From Raphidiopsis brookii D9 (lineage in GTDB: Bacteria > Cyanobacteriota > Cyanobacteriia > Cyanobacteriales > Nostocaceae), in NCBI GenBank assembly GCA_000175855.1, contig ACYB01000021.1:30001-62000 (forward strand): a stretch of DNA of 32,000 bases, in the 5' to 3' direction. Both the position numbers and the translations under genes were made by a program. How positions within the stretch are numbered: position 1 is the stretch's first letter; each line of letters begins with the position of its first letter. Under the pieces are notes generated by a model, which was given only the letters and a program-made list of their open reading frames with translations, was not told the DNA's origin and did no database searches. Shown piece after piece: positions 28,298-32,000 of this stretch.

Positions 28298-29506
28298 TTA
28301 CGTGCCACCCATTGGGTAACCGGAGACATTGCCTTCCAACCCAAAAAATTTGCCCAGGGGTTGGGCCCTTTGAATGGAAATCCGGGTAAAACTCCCTCCT
28401 ACCTGTTCATACCACGTAAATAATGTTTTTTCTCCCTCTATGGTGACTACATTAGCTACTATTCTCCCTCCAGGACATAGAAAGTTCCAACATTCCTCTA
28501 GTAATCCTGGTGTGCTGATTCCTCCACCAATAAAAATGGCATTAGGGGTGGGTAGATCCCTCAGCACCTGGGGTGCTTGACCACTAATAATTTGCAAGTT
28601 CGGTGTACCCAAAGCACTGGCATTATCTGCTATGTAGTGCGATCGCCTGGAGTTTTGTTCAATAGCTACTGCTGCACATCTCATATTAGTTCGCATCCAC
28701 TCTATGGCAATAGACCCACAACCTGATCCAATATCCCACAGCAGTTCCCCAGGTAAGGGAGCTAAAGTTGATAGGGTGAGGGATCTGACTTCTCGTTTAG
28801 TTAACTGTCCATCATGATGAAAAGCATCATCAGGTAAACCTGGTAGTCTAGATAACCCAGATATTCCTATTTGGGCAATACATTCTACGGCCATGGTATT
28901 TAAATCGGCAATTTCTGTCTCTTGCCAACTTTGGGCTAAACCAGTTAAAATCCTCTCCTTCACACCACCCATCTTTTCTAAAACCGTAATTTTACTACCA
29001 CCATAACCCCGGGTGGTTAAAATATTAGCTACTATTGCTGGTGTGTGTTTACCCTCACTTAAAATTAGCAGTTTAGCATTAGGGTAAATATAACATGCCA
29101 GTAAGGAAACTGGACGACCACATACACTTACGGTTTCTACTTCTGAGTAGTTCCAGCCTAGTCGAGAACAAGCTAAACTAAAAGCTGAGTTGGTGGGAAT
29201 AATAGTGATTTCTTCCTTAGGAATATGCCTAATTAAACTGGCTCCCACTCCATAGCACATAGGGTCTCCACTAGACAAAACACATACTAATTTGTTCTGA
29301 TTTCTATATTGTATAACCTGTTGAATAGAATTACCAAAGGGAGAGTTCCAGGAAATTTTTTTCCTCCCATCATCCGGAGGTAACATAGCTAAATGACGGT
29401 CCCCACCTACCAGAATCTCAGCTTGATTAACAAGTAAAATAGCCGTTTTACTTAATCCAGCAATTCCGTCTTCACCTATGCCTATTATTGATAACCACTT
29501 GTACAT
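28298..29506 (-). CDS. cobL: Precorrin-6Y C5,15-methyltransferase (decarboxylating), fused CbiE/CbiT
   Basis: The N-terminal half is tetrapyrrole-methylase-like (IGIGEDG, VLSSGDPMCYG). The C-terminal half is a SAM-dependent methyltransferase (LWDIGSGCGSIAIEW). Confidence 0.88.
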   Translation of the reverse strand: MYKWLSIIGIGEDGIAGLSKTAILLVNQAEILVGGDRHLAMLPPDDGRKKISWNSPFGNSIQQVIQYRNQNKLVCVLSSGDPMCYGVGASLIRHIPKEEITIIPTNSAFSLACSRLGWNYSEVETVSVCGRPVSLLACYIYPNAKLLILSEGKHTPAIVANILTTRGYGGSKITVLEKMGGVKERILTGLAQSWQETEIADLNTMAVECIAQIGISGLSRLPGLPDDAFHHDGQLTKREVRSLTLSTLAPLPGELLWDIGSGCGSIAIEWMRTNMRCAAVAIEQNSRRSHYIADNASALGTPNLQIISGQAPQVLRDLPTPNAIFIGGGISTPGLLEECWNFLCPGGRIVANVVTIEGEKTLFTWYEQVGGSFTRISIQRAQPLGKFFGLEGNVSGYPMGGT

Positions 29507-29704
29507 GTTTGGGAGAGAAAATAAAAGTAACAGAGAGTGATAATATATAATAATATATCCAGATATCCACCATAAAAAATTATAGCTTTAGCCATAACAC
29601 CATAGAACTATGGGATAAAAGTGATTGCTGGGTAGGCGTTAACTATTTTATTTATGAGATTATGAGATTGTTGCTGAAAATGAGTTAAGATCAAATACAT
29701 TAGG

Positions 29705-29893
29705 GTGAAAAACACAACCCAGTCCCCAGACTTCCTAGAAATGCCAATGACTACAAGTAGGCAACCTAAACAACCGCAATCAACACTAGTTTTTGAGTGT
29801 CATTTATTACACGATGATAGTAAGGAATTATCACCACACATTCACTTGGTGGGGAGAAAACCAAAAGATGTTGAAATTCTTTTTATGAGGTAA
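29705..29893 (+). CDS. Hypothetical small ORF (62 aa, GTG start), weakly supported
   Basis: This is the only ORF in a 587-bp gap. It has a non-ATG start, no clear RBS and no recognisable motif. It is listed only as a possibility. Confidence 0.2.
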   Translation: MKNTTQSPDFLEMPMTTSRQPKQPQSTLVFECHLLHDDSKELSPHIHLVGRKPKDVEILFMR

Positions 29894-30093
29894 ATCCTAT
29901 CCAACAGAGTCCCTAAATCACCTACAGTCAGGTAGTGAACTAAATTATTACTGACCCGTCTAACTTTGTTATCACTAAGTTGGGTAGAAACAGATGATAG
30001 TTAACAAAACTTGATATTGATTCCCTGGGACTTGAGTCCATGCTCCAATTTTCACAAGTTTAACTACGTAGTTTAAAAAGGCAGAAGTACTAC

Positions 30094-30405
30094 ATGCTAC
30101 ACCGCAAGATTTATCAACTGTGTTGCGATGGGCGGGAGGTATGTGTTTTTTTGCGGGATCAGCAACGCTGGATAGAGCGGGCCCGCATTATTGATATAGA
30201 GGGTGATCTGGTGACTCTACGTTATGAGACCGACGAAGAGGACGAAGTCTGCTCTTGGGAAGAAATGGTTCGCTTGGAGAGTATTGGCTCTGTAACTCAG
30301 AAGTTAGCTTCTGTACCACGCGGAAATGTGGATCCCTTGATGACAGATGACTGTCCCGAGTCGGAACGGATCAACCGATTTACAGATCTCAATCCTGATT
30401 CCTAG
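30094..30405 (+). CDS. Hypothetical 103-aa acidic protein
   Basis: ATG start. The translation is plausibly globular (VCVFLRDQQRWIERARIIDIEGDLVTLRYETDEEDEV). No family is recognised. Its stop overlaps the stop of the convergent MBL gene. Confidence 0.6.
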   Translation: MLHRKIYQLCCDGREVCVFLRDQQRWIERARIIDIEGDLVTLRYETDEEDEVCSWEEMVRLESIGSVTQKLASVPRGNVDPLMTDDCPESERINRFTDLNPDS

Positions 30406-32000
30406 GATTCATTCTCAGATAAGCGCTCGAAAGCTGGACAGTATCCTTCAAGAGTAACCTTAAAGTTATATAATGGGGCAGCGGCATTCCAACACCGTTG
30501 CCCTCTTTGGTGTTTACAAGTTCCACAGCATTCAATTTCGGACCAGTTATAGTGGTATTTACTTCTGGCGGTGTCTAAACTGTTCCTGTTTAATAAATAT
30601 CTTTGGGATAAACCTTTTATAACTAAATCTTCTCCCTGCCAACGGGCTTCTACTAACCCAGTATCAGCAAAATCCTGCCAACGTGGATCCTCTCTAATTT
30701 CTCTGGGCAAGATAATGGTAATAATTGTTTCTAGTTCGGTTAATTCCCCCTGGTAATTGGCTTCTGCGACTGGGGGGGGGGATTGTATTAGTGTTTCCCC
30801 AATTGGCAATTCAACCAAGGTTCCCCCAAGGGGTGAGTGTACGTGATAACGATTTTGTAGTTCTTCTAGGGTAGTTAGGTCAGCTAAGTAAGTGGGATCA
30901 CCATGAATAAATACCACGTGCTGGGGACGTAAGTTATGAATTAATTGGGTTGTCCCCGGTCCATCACTATGCTGAGCTAAAAGGTATGTTTCTGTTTGAA
31001 CCAGGGGGTTTTCTAGATCACTGGCCATCTTTTCTGGGAATAAAACCACCCAGGAAGCACCATCCCCCTGGTTAATATATTTATTTAAATCCGATTTATA
31101 ATCCGTTAGTACAATGCAGGGTGGACTTCCCAGGGTGTCTAAATCCTCAACCTTTAGTCGTCGCACCCGAGGACGCACTCGCTCATCCCAAAATAAGGGT
31201 TGGTGACGAGCAAAATTCTGTACTGATGCAGGTAAATGGGATAAAAGCCCTAAATAAGCGTCACACCCAGTTGATACTTCGCCATCAACCCAAATATCTA
31301 TGTCCTGTCCAGTGAAATGATGGTGAGAGCGTAACAACATCAACAATTCCTGACCTAACCCCAGCGCTGGTGTAGGTAGCAGCACAGAGGACCTATCTAT
31401 GATGGCCCGATTGATTCTTTCGGCGATTTGATTTTCCTGATGACGACGATGGGGGTGGCGAGATGTTCCGTAACTACCCTCAATTAACAGCACATCCAAA
31501 TTTAAACCCCTGAGTTCTTCTAATCTTAGACCATCTACCAACCGGGAGTTAGAAAGGAAAAAATCCCCTGTGTAGAGTAGTTTGTAGTCTCTTTCTGGAC
31601 TCTGGTAGGTGAGTAAAATTGCCACAGCACCAGGAAGATGACCAGCAGGGAATAATTCCACCACTAGACCTTCTTGTACTTCAACAGGCGATCGCAAAGG
31701 GAGTGCTTGACAAAAGGTAATATTTTCTGCTGCTCCCAATTCTGTCCAGTTTAAGGGTAACAACTTACTAGTTACTTCACTAGTATAAATAGGCAATAAA
31801 GGGAAGGCGCGATTTAGTGATAGCAGTCCCCGGCAGTGATCTGGGTGTGCGTGGCTAATCAAGACCAGATCTGCTGGTGAGTTTTTCTTAGTGATGGAAG
31901 AAATATCAGCCGCACCGCAGTCTAGGAGAATGCGGTGGGGACCCATTCTGACTATGACACACACCCCCTCATCCTCATGCTGAACACTATAGAGTAAACA
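30402..32000 (-). CDS. MBL-fold hydrolase with a beta-CASP-like layout and an extra Cys-rich C-terminal domain. The 5' end probably lies right of the window.
   Basis: ILLDCG, SHAHPDH (H-x-H-x-D-H), AGHLPGA and YTGDF, then LLIEGSYG (beta-CASP motif A-like), AQHSDG and VFIHGDP. The C-terminal ~130 aa contains ECCGTCKHQRGQRCW...GYCPAF. The reading frame stays open upstream of the GTG at 31964 to base 32000 (CLLYSVQHEDEG). Confidence 0.75.
   Translation of the reverse strand, partial: CLLYSVQHEDEGVCVIVRMGPHRILLDCGAADISSITKKNSPADLVLISHAHPDHCRGLLSLNRAFPLLPIYTSEVTSKLLPLNWTELGAAENITFCQALPLRSPVEVQEGLVVELFPAGHLPGAVAILLTYQSPERDYKLLYTGDFFLSNSRLVDGLRLEELRGLNLDVLLIEGSYGTSRHPHRRHQENQIAERINRAIIDRSSVLLPTPALGLGQELLMLLRSHHHFTGQDIDIWVDGEVSTGCDAYLGLLSHLPASVQNFARHQPLFWDERVRPRVRRLKVEDLDTLGSPPCIVLTDYKSDLNKYINQGDGASWVVLFPEKMASDLENPLVQTETYLLAQHSDGPGTTQLIHNLRPQHVVFIHGDPTYLADLTTLEELQNRYHVHSPLGGTLVELPIGETLIQSPPPVAEANYQGELTELETIITIILPREIREDPRWQDFADTGLVEARWQGEDLVIKGLSQRYLLNRNSLDTARSKYHYNWSEIECCGTCKHQRGQRCWNAAAPLYNFKVTLEGYCPAFERLSENES

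Noticed and set aside
29507-29704. Possible cobalamin riboswitch upstream of cobL
   Set aside because: No B12-box-like sequence (AGYCMGG.GACC-type) or GC-rich multi-stem region is visible on the minus strand.
30086-30099. Canonical NtcA-type GTA-N8-TAC (GTACTACATGCTAC)
   Set aside because: It overlaps the ATG of the 103-aa gene rather than sitting about 40 bp upstream of a -10 box. It is most likely a chance match.

Overview
This window reads as ordinary core chromosome of a cyanobacterium. It is AT-rich, and I counted at least 17 copies of the HIP1 octamer GCGATCGC by eye. Gene content and protein N-termini look Nostocales-like, but the organism cannot be named from the sequence alone. I can support 24 protein-coding genes, nearly all recognisable housekeeping functions. 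In order: a 5'-truncated radical-SAM/DUF2344 fusion, rne-rnhB, ribBA, argC, eno, gloA, clpB, a flv3-flv1 flavodiiron pair and coaX. These are followed by an alpha/beta hydrolase, a NUDIX hydrolase, a 56-aa very basic protein, then argH, larB, a family-5 ABC substrate-binding lipoprotein, ispF and trmD on the minus strand. The window ends with the cyanophycin operon cphB-cphA, cobL, a 103-aa acidic hypothetical protein and a beta-CASP-like MBL-fold hydrolase that runs off the right edge. I found no tRNA or rRNA genes, CRISPR arrays, transposases, integrases, phage genes or toxin/defence-like cassettes. I do not see a convincing novel multi-gene system here. The points most worth a second look are modest. 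(1) An uncharacterised radical-SAM/DUF2344 gene lies directly upstream of rne-rnhB. (2) A beta-CASP-like hydrolase has an extra Cys-rich C-terminal domain, an in-frame G/C10 homopolymer at the domain junction, and a stop codon overlapping that of a small acidic convergent gene. (3) An orphan peptide/nickel-type binding protein ends 4 nt before larB. (4) A self-contained promoter-ORF-terminator unit encodes a 56-aa highly basic protein. (5) A 610-bp non-coding region sits upstream of cphB. All functional calls come from motif recognition in the supplied translations, and no database search was possible.
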